In this document: piece after piece, positions 50,301 through 61,820 of the stretch
How the letters are laid out: every line of letters begins with the position of its first letter
Numbering within the stretch: position 1 is the stretch's first letter
Origin: Macrostomum hystrix
Lineage: Eukaryota; Animalia; Platyhelminthes
NCBI GenBank assembly: GCA_950097015.1
Contig: CATNEN010000005.1
Coordinates: 1,984,001-2,048,000 of the forward strand
Direction: 5' to 3'
DNA length: 64,000 nt
The notes under the pieces: generated by a model
What the model was told of the DNA's origin: nothing
What the model saw: the letters and a program-made list of their open reading frames with translations, nothing else
Databases searched by the model: none
Position numbers and translations under genes: made by a program

Positions 50301-53300
50301 TCTGATTGAATTTTTTTAATTAAACAAATTTGTACATCAATTTTTGTATAATAGATGCTTCCTTATTTTATCACATATGTCATCTTATGCCTACCTTACT
50401 CTAATCTGATGCCTATTTTACTCGCATCTCATGCTTATCAACTTTAATCTAATCTCATGCCTACCTTACTCTAATCTGATGCCTATTTTACTCGCATCTC
50501 ATGCTTATCAACTTTAATCTAATCTTATGCCTACCTTACTCTAATCTGATGCCTATTTTACTCGCATCTCATGCTTATCAACTTTAATCTAATCTTATGC
50601 CTACATTACTCTAATCCAGGGGTAGGCAAACTTATTTGCTGGCGGGCCAAAGAGAAGCTAAAAGAAGACAACGGGCCGCATTGACTGTATAATTATGAGA
50701 TAGGGGAGAGATGAGACACCGGAGAGATGAGACACGGGAGAGATTAGACACGAGATAGATGAAACAGGACACTGTAGATGTCAGAAGGGGCAACGGGCCG
50801 GATTTGGGAGCATTGAGGGCCGCATCTGGCCCGCGGGCCGGAGTTTGCCGACCCCTGCTCTAATCTGATGCCTATCAACCTTACTCTAATTTCATGCTAT
50901 CTGGCAATAATCTCAAGTTGAAATGTATTATTTCATGCTAAACTATGTCATTTGATCTCTATCAAGTGAATGTTAGTCATTCATCCCATCCAAGAATGCT
51001 AGTCAATATCATTTATCGTAAATCAATATAGCCCCCGCTAAGAGAGCTAAATCATTTTGCGAATATAAAAATCCAGATGCCAATAGCCTAACAGATGATG
51101 AGAGCCCACGGAAGAGGCAAAAATACACTGAGGCTCAGAAATGAGTATGAGTCATTCAGCCGCTATTCCCCACACACACAGAGAAAGAGAGAGACCGACA
51201 GTTGAGGACATTGCTAGACCGACGATTGTACGAGAGCGGATGAAGAGAAAGGGATAAAATAAGCGGGCTGTGGCGAAGATTAGGGAGAGAAGAGAGGAAA
51301 CTGAGAGGTTTGAGTTGCGGTTGGGATTGCATCCCCCAAGGGAAGGGTTGGGACTGGAGCTTGTACACAGTGGTCTAGAAAAAAGTACACACTACAGCTA
51401 GCGATAGATGTTCGTACATGGGCACTGGGAAGCATCCGTTCTCATCTACACTAGTCTACAAAATAATCCCCATATTATTTTCGCTCGCTCTTTCATCCTC
51501 TCTTCTCGTCTCTAGAAGCAGCTGAGCCAGGCATGCTAGATAGTGATTGCCAAATGTCCGAAGCGGCTAAGCCGGCCGTTCGTTGCCTTAAAACCCCCCC
51601 GACCCAGGCCTTGCCCTCCCTCTCGCCTCCTTTCCTTCTTCTCCGTCCGGTTAAAGTGCACAAAGAAATCAGCCCGCCCGGCAACAGAAAATAGCTGCGC
51701 CGCGCACTGCAGCCTAGCAGGCTCATCGTGGAGCACAATGACTAGCAAAGACTCAAAAAGAAAAAATTTGATTAGAACAGGATGAATAGGAAGCTCATTT
51801 AACTATTCCCTTTCTTGCCCGCTCTCCCAACCTTCTGTTTAGCTAGGACCCTGGATGCGACTTGACTAGCCTGCAGGCTATTTATATTGTAAGCCAACGG
51901 TTACCACACTGTAGTCTTAAAATAGATGACGCTCAATCAAGAAAACCTAATGGATGACGTGAGAAGCTGAGTAAGAAGCTTCTGGGTGTTGTAAGTAGCT
52001 AGTGAATGACGTAAGAAGCTAGTCGGTTGTGTAAGAAGCTAGTGGATGACGTAAGAATCTAGTGGATGACGTAAGAAGCTAGTCGATGACGTAAGAAGCT
52101 AATGGATGACGTAAGAAGCTAGTGGATGACATAAGAACCTAGCGGATGACGTAAGAAGCTAGTGGATGACGTAAGAAGCTAGTGGATGACGTAAGAAGCT
52201 AGTGGATGACGTAAGAAGCTAGTGGATGACGTAAGAAGCTAGTGGATGACGCAAGAAGCTAGTCGATGACGTAAGACGCTAGTCGATGACGTAAGAAGCT
52301 AGTGGATGACGTAAGAAACTAGTGGATGACGTAAGAAGCTAGTGGATGACATAAGAAGCTAGTGGATGACGTAAGAAGCTAGTCGGTTGTGTAAGAAGCT
52401 AGTGGATGACGTAAGAATCTAGTGGATGACGTAAGAAGCTAGTCGATGACGTAAGAAGCTAGTGGATGACGTAAGAACCTAGCGGATGACGTAAGAAGCT
52501 AGTGGATGACGTAAGAAGCTAGTGGATGACGTAAGAAGCTAGTGGATGACGTAAGAAGCTAGTGGATGACGCAAGAAGCTAGTGGATGACGCAAGAAGCT
52601 AGTCGGTTGTGAAAGAAGTTAGTGGGTTGTGTGAGAAGCTAGTGGATGACGTAAGACGCTAGTCGATGACGCAAGAAGATAGTGGATGACGTAAGAAGCT
52701 AGTGGATGACGTAAGAAGCTAGTGGATGACGTAAGAAGCTAGTGGATGACGCAAGAAGCTAGTGGATGACGCAAGAAGCTAGTGGATGACGTAAGAAGCT
52801 AGTCGATGACGTAAGAAGCTAGTGGATGACGTAAGAAGCTAATCGGTTGTGAAAGAAGGTAGTGGGTTGTGTAAGAAGCTAGTGGATGACGTAAGAAACT
52901 ACTGAATAATGTAAAAAGCTAGTAGACCGGTGAAAGTAAATTAAATTTGAAACAGATAACGATTTCCGATTTCTTATGGTAGACATATAAATCAATACTA
53001 AAAAATATACACACCTTGGACTCTTGGTACGACACCTTAAATATAGCGAATACAAAATCTATTAAAACGCAATTATTCTGTCTCTCTTCTGAGAGCAGAG
53101 ACAGTGAACATAAAAAGAAAGCAAACTGTTAAACAAATAACCTGACACACAATAAGAACAAATTTAAGACTCCGGGTTCAAGAGTCAGAAGCTCTAATCG
53201 ACTGGCTACAAGCTACCTGTGCACAGTCATTTAGTCCATGGACTGGGGCCGCCACACCGACCAATGCTAAGTACCAATATTACATCTGGATGATCAGAAT

Positions 53301-54768
53301 CAGAATTTTATCTACTAGGCTGAGATTTCAACCACAGACCCATATGACAAAAGCCATCAAAGAATCAATCAGCAATTATAAAATATTTTCCTTGTAATGG
53401 ATTGTATTTTCTTCTAAAGAAAGAAGAAGAATAATAATAACTAATTTCACCTGCCCAAATTGTGCCGGATGTGCAGCCGCAGCAATTGAAGACTGCGTAC
53501 AGCTGTTCAGTCCACGGACTGGGGGAATGCCACAAATTGTTCGGGAATCGAACCCCCGACCTTGAAGTCGTGAGTCCGACGCCCTAACCACTAGGCTACA
53601 ACCCTTTCCCTCCAAATAAAAAATCTAATAAAAAAGGAATTCTATTAAATATTGCGTTGTTTAAAAGACAATTTAGACGAATAATAAAATTAAAAATCAT
53701 GCTTTATAATAGGGAAGACATGATTATACCATAGTTAATTCAAGGGAATGTTTATATTCCGCATTCTTAAAGTCTAAGCAAATTTTATCTATGAAAAATA
53801 GAATAGCAATTTATACAGTTTTCTGAATTCGGTTCGATAATTCAGATAGGCAGGAAACACAAAAATATCCGGAGGGTAATTTCATTTATACGAAATAGAC
53901 GGCAACACAAAAGGAATTGATTACAATGGTGTGCAAGGAAAATATCTGTTGCATTTCTGTTTTAATAGCAGAAAAATCACAAACCGCTTTAAACGTCTAA
54001 CAATCGAGACACACACGAACTCATATTATTTCAACATCAGGCAACAATGATGCGACCATAGAAAGGCACTCGAAAAGACAGGCACGTATTCACCACACCA
54101 CATTACTATAGCTTACCAAATGCTGACCAGAGTACTAAAGTTTTGTTAGCATTGCGTCGACGAAGTGTTGGTAAATCGAGGATAGTTTTGTTATATCACA
54201 AGCATTGTTTTGGAGGACCCACACTTAGTTATAGTTATTGACTAGCCTCTAGTTGTCTATCGATACTGTTCATTGAACTAGTTAAATCTATGAGTATAAT
54301 ACTATAATATTTGCTTTTCGTGTCCTCATAGGTACAGATGATTCTATAGGGAGGCGAAGATACGGAAAATAGAGTTAAAAAGAAAAATAGAGACACGGAG
54401 AAAGAGAGACAGAGAGATGGAGACAGAGAGACAGAGGGAGAGAGTGAGAGACAGAGGGAGAGAGTGAGAGACAGAGAGACAGAGGGAGAGAGTGAGAGAC
54501 AGAGGGAGAGAGTGAGAGACAGAGGGAGAGAGTGAGAGACAGAGGGAGAGAGTGAGAGACAGAGGGAGAGAGTGAGAGACAGAGAGACAGAGGGAGAGAG
54601 TGAGAGACAGAGGGAGAGAGTGAGAGACAGAGAGACAGAGGGAGAGAGTGAGAGACAGAGGGAGAGAGTGAGAGACAGAGGGAGAGAGTGAGAGACAGAG
54701 GGAGAGAGTGAGAGACAGAGGGAGAGAGTGAGAGACAGAGACAGAGGGAGAGAGTGAGAGACAGAGAC

Positions 54769-54803
<35 letters not shown>

Positions 54804-55092
54804 GAGACAGAGAGAGAGAGAGAGTGAGAGATAGAGAGACAGAGAGAGAGAGAGGGAGACAGAGAGAGAGACAGAGGCACAGTTCGAGTGTACACTGCCT
54901 GACGATGAGAAAGTCAGGGCAGATGTACACACCTGTGTGAGCGTATGCCTGCGTACGGTATCTGTGTGCGTGTGTGCTCAGGAGTCAGCGAAATGGGCAG
55001 AATTGCCTCCTCGCTGGCTGCGGGTCTAGTGTCACCAAACTATGTGTCATTGCTCGCAGGCCTCCTGCAATTATTATTTGTATTTGAGAGAC

Positions 55093-55155
<63 letters not shown>

Positions 55156-58100
55156 TAGACAGAGGGACAGTGAGAGACACAGAGAGAGAGACGGAGAGAG
55201 AGACAGAGACGGAGAGAGAGACAGAGACGGAGAGACAGAGAGAGACAGAGAGAGAGACAGTGGGAGACAGAGAGAGACAGTGATAGACAGATAAATACAG
55301 TGAGAGAGTGACAGTGTGTGAAAAAAGAGAGGAAAAGATAAATAGAATAATTAGATAAATAGATCAGTTTAAGAAGCAGATAAGACTGGGAAGACAATAG
55401 ATGCGCAGAATGAGTTTATTAAAACATTAAACTAGCTGCTAAACTAACTCTAGCAAATTTCAGAGAAGCCAAGCCCAGGCTAAGTCGTAATGCCAGCAGA
55501 TAGGACTATCGCTCACAGAGCTGGCGGTTGTCGAAGAAGAGCAATTAGTAGCTACAATCGAAGCAGCTGGTCCGCAAATCTCAATGCCATCGTTTGGCGA
55601 CATAAATTGACGCACGTTGGGTGTACTAACGCATCTGCCTAACTCGCTAACCGTAGTCTTGACTGTAAATAGAGAATCTCTAGTCTCTAACAATGGCGAC
55701 AATTGCTGCTGCTTGTGCTGCTGTTGATTTGACTGAGAATTGCACGATTTTAAAGGCTGAGGTGAAGGCACAATCAATATGGGCTTTTGCTGCTGCTGCT
55801 GCTGCTGCTGCTGCTGATGATGGCCGTAAAGATGCTTCTTTCGAAAGCTGGCTACCCTGCGTCTGGCCCAATGAGCACGACTGGCGCCAGAATTGTTGGC
55901 GCAGACAGTTGTCGAGGCACTGTTAGTTGATTCAATATTGCCCGGATATTGTTATTATTGCAGTTAAGGGAGTCGGGTCGGGACGTTGCAGTTTGGGTCA
56001 GGAGGGGGAAAAAGAGAGGAAGCGGGGATGGAGCATTTGGTTAAAGAGCGCATTAGTTAGTAGAGGCAAAGAGAGAAAAACAATTATGTAAACAAAAATG
56101 CGATAAAAACACACTAACACAGGCGCAGTGTTTGGACAACAAATGAACGTACGGAAAAAATAGGAAAAAAAAACCTGGCGAGCGACTCATTTGATTTTGT
56201 TATAGTGTGAAATGCTTTCTTGGAAAGTTATGGATACCAATTAAATTTGAAACAATGTGATCACAGTTAACTTATTAATCAGTAAGTGAAAAATGTTAGT
56301 AAAATTTTTCTACATTGCCTAAAAGCTAAATGGCTATGAAATGACCGTTAACAACAAACCTTTCCGCCATCTAGCCTGCCAGGATTGACGCTTAAATTGG
56401 ACACATTCGGTGCTGAACTGGATCGTTCGCGCGGTGTCTTGCCAGACGATGAGCCATACATTGAAGACGCATTATTGGACGAATTGGCTGCGGCCGCTGC
56501 GGCTGCTGCGGCGGCGGCAGCTACCGCGGCAGCGGCCGTATGAGAGCCCATATTATGACTATAATATTGCTGATGATGATGACCACGCTGGCGATGATAA
56601 ATCGAAGCACCGCCACTGCCGCCGCCAGCGACATAATTCAGCATTGAAGTACAGTTACTAATATATTGGGGCGCGGTTATATTCTTAAAATTGATTTTCT
56701 TATTCTTAGATTTCATTCTTTTAACTCCAATAACTACATTTGGCTATCCTCTGCACGAGGACGAAAAATTATCAAAAAATCCTATGTGTACTCCCTTGAG
56801 CTTTCTCAACCCCTTTGGCTCTTTAAAAATTTACTTTTCCTGTGTCTAATATTCTCCCGTCTCGTCTCTACCTTGTCTCATCTCTCCAGAGGCATATATA
56901 TTCCGTGTCTAATCTAACTTAGGACAAAACAATCGACTGTAAGTCAGGCTTATCAAATTTATTAAATAAATCTCAAGTACAAATAAAAGTAAACGTTTAG
57001 CTAAGGCAACATTTAATTTTCAATGAATAGCCAATAATAAAAGAGGTAATTAAAAAACATCTACAGTTAAAAAGTATGCACTTAGAATCTTTGTGACATA
57101 ATTTACTTATAAAAATAGTCCCCAAGAAATTTGATTATAAAACATTAGCAAAGTTCAAATATATAATGTTAAAATAAAAAATTGCTTAAATTATCACAAG
57201 CCCACTGAGAGAAAACTTCTAGCTAAGTTCTAGCTCGTTTGAAAGAAAGTACAATGAAGGACTTACAGGCCGTCAACATCAGGACACCGCGGAGAAGCCT
57301 GCAGCGGTATCTGGCCAGGATTAACCGGACAGGGCATCCTGATGACAGACTCGCAGCACCTCTGATGATATTTAGCATTGCAAGTCTGGCAGCGGTAGCC
57401 GCTAAACACAATCTTTGAACACTTATTACAGTAGACAATCGTGGTGAAGAAGGTTTTGCGTTGAAAACAGTGCAACGATTGTAGTTTATGCTTAACCACA
57501 ATGGAATCATTTATAAGTGAATTAGATTCGACCACTAATTCGACAACTTTTCTTAGCTGATGGGCCAATTCTGTGGCGTCTGTGTCCCAGCTGACTGGTA
57601 CTCGTGTGTCTTTCAGATAGACTCGACAATCGTCCGGCTTCAAGCTTCTGGTGGTTAGCTTCTTTTCTAATAGGTCGCGAATGCTAGCACCTAGCCTGAT
57701 TGGCACGGTTGTGTGCTGATTGCGCGGCAGCTCAGCTCGCAGCTGCAGCTCAGCGCCACCGCCTGAACCGGTTGACTGCAGTGTACCAGCGCTAGGCATT
57801 GTTGTCGATAAGCTGTTCGGCGAGGTTAGTCCAGACATTGAGGACATTGTGCCCTCCGGATAGGGACTGGCCATGGTAGACGGTGTAGTCGAAGATGCAG
57901 CCGCGGCAGCAGCAGACGCCAACGAGGATGTTAACGTAGCGTTAGAAGACAATGAAGACTGCGCCAATGAAGCATAGGACGCCGCCGAAGACACCGAAGC
58001 CATGGTTGAAGCTGCAACAGTCGCAGAAGCAGCAGCCGCTGTTGTCGATGTTAAACAGGTGGTCGCAGCTGAGGAAAAAGTGTTGGACATTGTAGGCACC

Positions 58101-58903
58101 GTCGAGACAGTAGAATGCGCCATTGTGGCAGCTGAGAATGCAACCGAAGCGGTCAATGCATGATCTGTCACCGCGGTGGAGATAATATTGTGGCCATGAT
58201 TGCCGTTGGCTGAATTGGATAGCAATGCGTTAGCAGCCATGGTCAACGTGGAAGATGTTATAATTGAAGTAAACTCTTTAGCTGACGGTTGCAAGTGCTG
58301 CTGCTGCTGCTGAGGGTAATTCTGATCACGGCCAGATCTAAACTCCGGCAGCTGACTATGCAACTCCTGCTGCTGTTGTAGGCTTTCCTCGTGACTGCGC
58401 TTGCGTTCCATTTTGGTTTGAAACTCGTGAATCTTGTCGGTGACATATTTGTACTCCTGGCGTGGCACAATTAGAGAAGTAGAACTTTAATCATTTAGTT
58501 CAAAATAATTCCTATCCTTTTAAGAATCCCAATTCTTACTAAAAAGAATAAAAAATCTTTTGTTACATAAAATCTGAAATCCTTAGTACCATAGATCGTA
58601 AGTCCTTGTTACACGAATCGAAAAATGTAGTTACAGGAATCCAAATAGTTGTTTTCTTGGTTACATTAAATCCCTAGCCTTTAATTATATATTACATAGA
58701 TCCCAAAAGCTTAGCAAAAAAGTTAAATGAATCAACAGAAAAAAATGAATGAAAACTGGGCATTTTCTAGCAATTGAATGACTTACATTGTTGTACAATT
58801 CAGGAATGTCACGCTCTTCACGTTTGAGTAAATCAAGCAGTGCTTCGCCTTTCTCCTTGTAGATCTGGTACAGCATTTCGTTGATCTTGTCTAAATTTGG
58901 CAT
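29168..58903 (-). CDS. BRAF: Raf-family Ser/Thr kinase (B-Raf-like), multi-exon
   Basis: Exons (minus): 58903-58787, 58456-57267, 56657-56360, (56218-56175), (55919-55517), 50062-49688, 48104-47867, 47275-47160, 29747-29481, 29359-29168; splice phases are consistent. Domains: N-terminal BRS-like helix (EALLD...[10 protein letters not shown]), RBD, C1, CR2 [10 protein letters not shown], acidic N-region [47 protein letters not shown]-terminal RSSSEP. The start codon is uncertain, since an upstream exon may exist. Confidence 0.95.
29481..29747 (-). CDS. BRAF: Raf kinase C-lobe exon (APEVIRM...[13 protein letters not shown]...RPTFRS)
   Basis: catcag|GCT acceptor and TCT|gtaagt donor; kinase subdomains VIII-XI. 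Confidence 0.95.
29815..47080. repeat. Giant 24-bp minisatellite (~17.2 kb, roughly 700 units) filling Raf intron 29748-47159
   Basis: Unit GTGGATTATGAAAAGGATTATTTT (starts at 30187, 30211, 30235...) with a small set of recurring variants; degenerate copies at both edges. Confidence 0.98.
47160..47275 (-). CDS. BRAF: Raf activation-segment exon ([38 protein letters not shown])
   Basis: DFG motif; caccag| acceptor and ATG|gtgcgt donor. Confidence 0.95.
47867..48104 (-). CDS. BRAF: Raf kinase exon ([15 protein letters not shown]...HRDLKSN)
   Basis: cccag|GTG acceptor and A|gtgagt donor; catalytic loop HRD. Confidence 0.95.
48165..49590. repeat. 22-bp minisatellite (about 60 copies) filling Raf intron 48105-49687
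   Basis: Unit ACAGACACGATGACAGGAAATC. Confidence 0.96.
49688..50062 (-). CDS. BRAF: Raf exon with N-region, Gly-loop and VAIK
   Basis: [10 protein letters not shown]...[21 protein letters not shown]...FRNE; tag|GCT acceptor and GAG|gtttgt donor. Confidence 0.95.
50380..50895. repeat. 70-bp tandem repeat (3-4 copies) interrupted by a MITE
   Basis: CTACCTTACT at 50391, 50461, 50531 and (as CTACATTACT) 50601; resumes after 50857. Confidence 0.88.
50617..50857. mobile_element. hAT (Charlie-like) MITE, 241 bp
   Basis: TIRs CAGGGGTAGGCAAACT ... AGTTTGCCGACCCCTG; perfect 8-bp TSD CTCTAATC (50609-50616 and 50858-50865). Confidence 0.93.
51945..52920. repeat. 20-bp minisatellite, about 48 copies (Raf intron)
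   Basis: Unit GTAAGAAGCTAGTGGATGAC. Confidence 0.96.
53420..53613 (-). mobile_element. tRNA-derived SINE
   Basis: On minus: A-box-like TAGCCTAGTGG, B-box GGTTCGATTCC, a non-tRNA body and a (TTA)n/(TTC)n tail; no 3' acceptor-stem half. Related fragments at ~53170-53260, ~18255 and ~63895. Confidence 0.8.
54405..54875. repeat. GA-rich 20-bp minisatellite/microsatellite
   Basis: GAGAGACAGAGGGAGAGAGT repeats. Confidence 0.93.
55085..55320. repeat. (GA/GAGACA)n microsatellite
   Basis: GAGAGACAGAGAGACAGAGAGAGAG... Confidence 0.92.
55517..55919 (-). CDS. BRAF: Probable Raf linker exon (poly-Q, RCVSTPNV)
   Basis: aacag|T acceptor and TCT|gtgagc donor (phase 0, matching the 50062 exon); open frame ASTTVCANN...QQQ...RCVSTPNV...SSTTASS; joining to the upstream exon needs the 56218-56175 micro-exon. 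Confidence 0.55.
56360..56657 (-). CDS. BRAF: Raf CR2 exon ([10 protein letters not shown])
   Basis: attag|T acceptor in phase 2 with the upstream exon; AAG|gtttgt donor; canonical B-Raf CR2 motif. Confidence 0.88.
57267..58456 (-). CDS. BRAF: Raf exon: end of BRS, Ser/Ala/Thr-rich insert, RBD and C1 zinc finger
   Basis: [18 protein letters not shown]...VSWDTDA (RBD); HCFQRKTF...CNKC...[15 protein letters not shown]...C (C1); cgccag| acceptor and CT|gtaagt donor. Confidence 0.95.
58787..58903 (-). CDS. BRAF: Raf 5'-most recognisable coding exon (BRS-like)
   Basis: [20 protein letters not shown] resembles the B-Raf-specific N-terminal coiled coil; AAT|gtaagt donor in phase 0 with the 58456 exon. 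Confidence 0.75.
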
Positions 58904-61646
58904 ATAGTAAAAATTTCTAGCTTTATAGCAATAATTAATTATAATAAGTAATTATTGCCTTCCAATTATATTACTTTATTGTTTAGTTGCATAATATGAA
59001 GTGAAGTATGTAGTATGGCATGTAGTCCTAATGTGCATTTAGATGCCAAAAACTGCCTACTTTATTTTCTGATACATATACATATCATACATGTGCAACC
59101 TCCCAAATCTTAGCCGGCCTTGCGACTTAGTTTTTGCTCTCATTAGCGACTTAGTTTATTTCATTGCTCTATTTACGACTTAGTTTGATCTCATTTGCTC
59201 TCTTTTTCTATAAACAATATTGCTCCTGTTTGTTTATTTATTTATATTTTGCCCTATAGATACCATATTGTAATACATACCAGCAACCATTTAGTGTCAG
59301 CATAAACACAACAGTGCCAAATCATTTAATTTAGCTTGATTCTTACGTAATGTTTATTTTCATAAAGATACACTGAATTTAACATTAATTAACTAAGAGA
59401 AATATATGTTAGTATATTGCTTCTTTCTGAATGACAAAATATTTTAAACTTTTTTGTAACTTAAGAATACATACAGTATCATTTAACTGTCATATACAAC
59501 AATATTTCAATTTAGTTTTTTCTTCTAATGGAGAAACTGGCTATTATTTTTCTGTATTTTTTCTTTTATTTCTAAAGAAACTTATTAAGATAGTTTGATC
59601 CATAAATATGTGAAAATGTATATGTATAAGCTCATAAATACATAGCTAATGGAGATCACTTAAATGAGGAAAATGATAGGGAAATAACTTTAGTGTATGG
59701 TGTAACATTTAAAATATGGCTGTTGATAATGTGGTATATTGGCATACATGCTTGACTTGGCCCAGAGTTAGTTCCCACATATACTAGACACCTTCCTTTA
59801 TATATCATTTTAAATTTAAACAAAACTTATATTAATGAATTATATTACATGGCCTTAGAAAAACTAATATAAATAATATATATTGTTTCTTTGATTTGAA
59901 AGTAAAAGTGACAAAAAGAATCCCTGCTTTTGTCTTCTTTAATAGCTAGGTTAACTGAAACATTAAGAATTGAAAAGTTTTATAAAATGTGTCACAAATT
60001 TACTGCTAGGGTAATGTATCATCAACCAAACAAGAATGTGTATTTTTTTAACTTCAAACTTAAGCTACAGATTTTCAATTTAAGATATGATGATAAATCA
60101 AAAGCCAAGTTATAGAAAACAGTTACATCTTTCTAAAAAGTATCTGCTTTTGCTATTTTGTCAAATAGAAAAAAGTTATTCACTGCTTTTTATCTAAAAC
60201 CGAACAATGATTTTCATGTATCCTCAAACCAAACAGAGAATTTGATATTTGGTTTTATAATTTGAGTGAGTGGTTTAATCTTATTTTAAGGAGTGAACTA
60301 TCATGAATTATGTCATTTGAAAGCATTTTTCATGTTCTATAAATAACTACATTTATGGTCATTTAATTGGCAAGCAACCACATACACTCTTCGTCTAAAG
60401 TACATACTGAAAAAATGTTGTTAAAAAGTATGCTTTTGCAATAAAAATTTCTACTGAAACATCTATATCTTTCTTTCCTCTTAATGCTTCATTGCACATC
60501 ATGCCTCAGCTTGTAGATAATTTCTTCAACTTTCAAATTAGTTGTTCTGTGAAACACAATAGCTTGTTTCTGTCTTGCACAAGACCAAGGAAGGAGTCAA
60601 AATTCTTGTTCGGTTTTGAAGATACACTGTTCGGTTGATGATACATTACCCTAAGCTAGAATTAAATAGCCTATAGTTACCTTCAACAACAAGTAATTAT
60701 TAGATTGTTGATAGCTATAAATTATTCAGTACATCTAGATGATAGTGCAAAAGAGCAAAAATATTTTATATGGCAACAGTAGAAAAACATACCTTCATCA
60801 ATAACAACATCATTATCCATCACTTTGCTTATCATAAAACAAATCAGGTAGCAGCAGCCAACTAGGCAGGTGGGACCAACAAAAGGTCGAATATTATTAT
60901 CTAAATAAAAGCTATGACTTTGCTCTCATGACATGACTGAAAAGTGGCTTTAGTCAAGACTCAAGACGAGTAGCACTAAAAGTGGCACTTTGAGGTGCTG
61001 TTAATTTAATATTAGGAAGAACAACACAGCACTACATACTTTAAGTTCCTTTAAAATCCTTAAAAACAGGAACTAATTTTGCATAGGTCGTCAGCTGATA
61101 CTAGGCCTAGCTAAAGTATAAGCCCTAGTAAAAAGCAGCAAAAAAACCTTTTGTGCTGATCTAATAATAATCAACAGGAATTAAATCTTAAGTAACTAAG
61201 TTGGCGACATGCAAAAAATATTTGAAAAGCTACTTTTCATTTTTGTTTCTTTATTAGTACACAAAAGAAGCAAATACTGAAAGCAAGTATGCCTATTTGA
61301 TAATTATCAATTAAATCGAGCTCTTCGATGCTCTTTCGACTCGACTCGACTCGAATTGATCAGTTGATGTGGACGATTGTATTTCGTACCAAAACAATCG
61401 GATGAAAACCACTATAACAAAAATAGAAAAAATCTGAAAAAAGTTCACTTTTGATCGACACGAAAAGAATATCATTACAATATTTTAGAAATATTATTTA
61501 ATGCGCAAAAAATCTAACGTTACAAAAGTGTTATTGTTACGTGCTAAACGCCAAGTTAACATTTTTACATGCTAAATATTCGAATGCCCTGCTAGAAAAC
61601 AATCCGAACATACTCATTAGAAAATAGTATAGTAAGCAGATAAGAG

Positions 61647-61820
61647 CAGTGGCGTAGTTAGGTGGGGATACGGGGATATATCCCCCCAAGCGGCAGAAAA
61701 ATAGTGGGAAGAGTTGAAAGTGGGCAGTATTATACGATTAAAATACCGTCCATTTTTTAATCGCTCGCTCAAAGTGTTTGATTTTTCCCCTTCCATCGAA
61801 AATTCCTAGCTACGCCACTG
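61647..61820. mobile_element. hAT-type MITE, 174 bp
   Basis: TIRs CAGTGGCGTAGTTAGG ... CCTAGCTACGCCACTG (1 mismatch); perfect 8-bp TSD GATAAGAG (61639-61646 and 61821-61828). Confidence 0.93.

Noticed and set aside
51493-51785. Short ORFs in the Raf intron as additional exons
   Set aside because: No frame gives a convincing splice-compatible, Raf-like peptide. It could be regulatory or an alternative 5' region, but this is unsupported.
53520-53613. Functional tRNA gene
   Set aside because: Only the A/B boxes and 5' part resemble tRNA; the sequence continues into a SINE body and simple-repeat tail. B-box-like fragments at ~29400 and ~47395 are likewise incomplete.
54235-55397. Ser/Leu-rich and Glu/Arg-rich ORFs
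   Set aside because: Translations of GA microsatellites.
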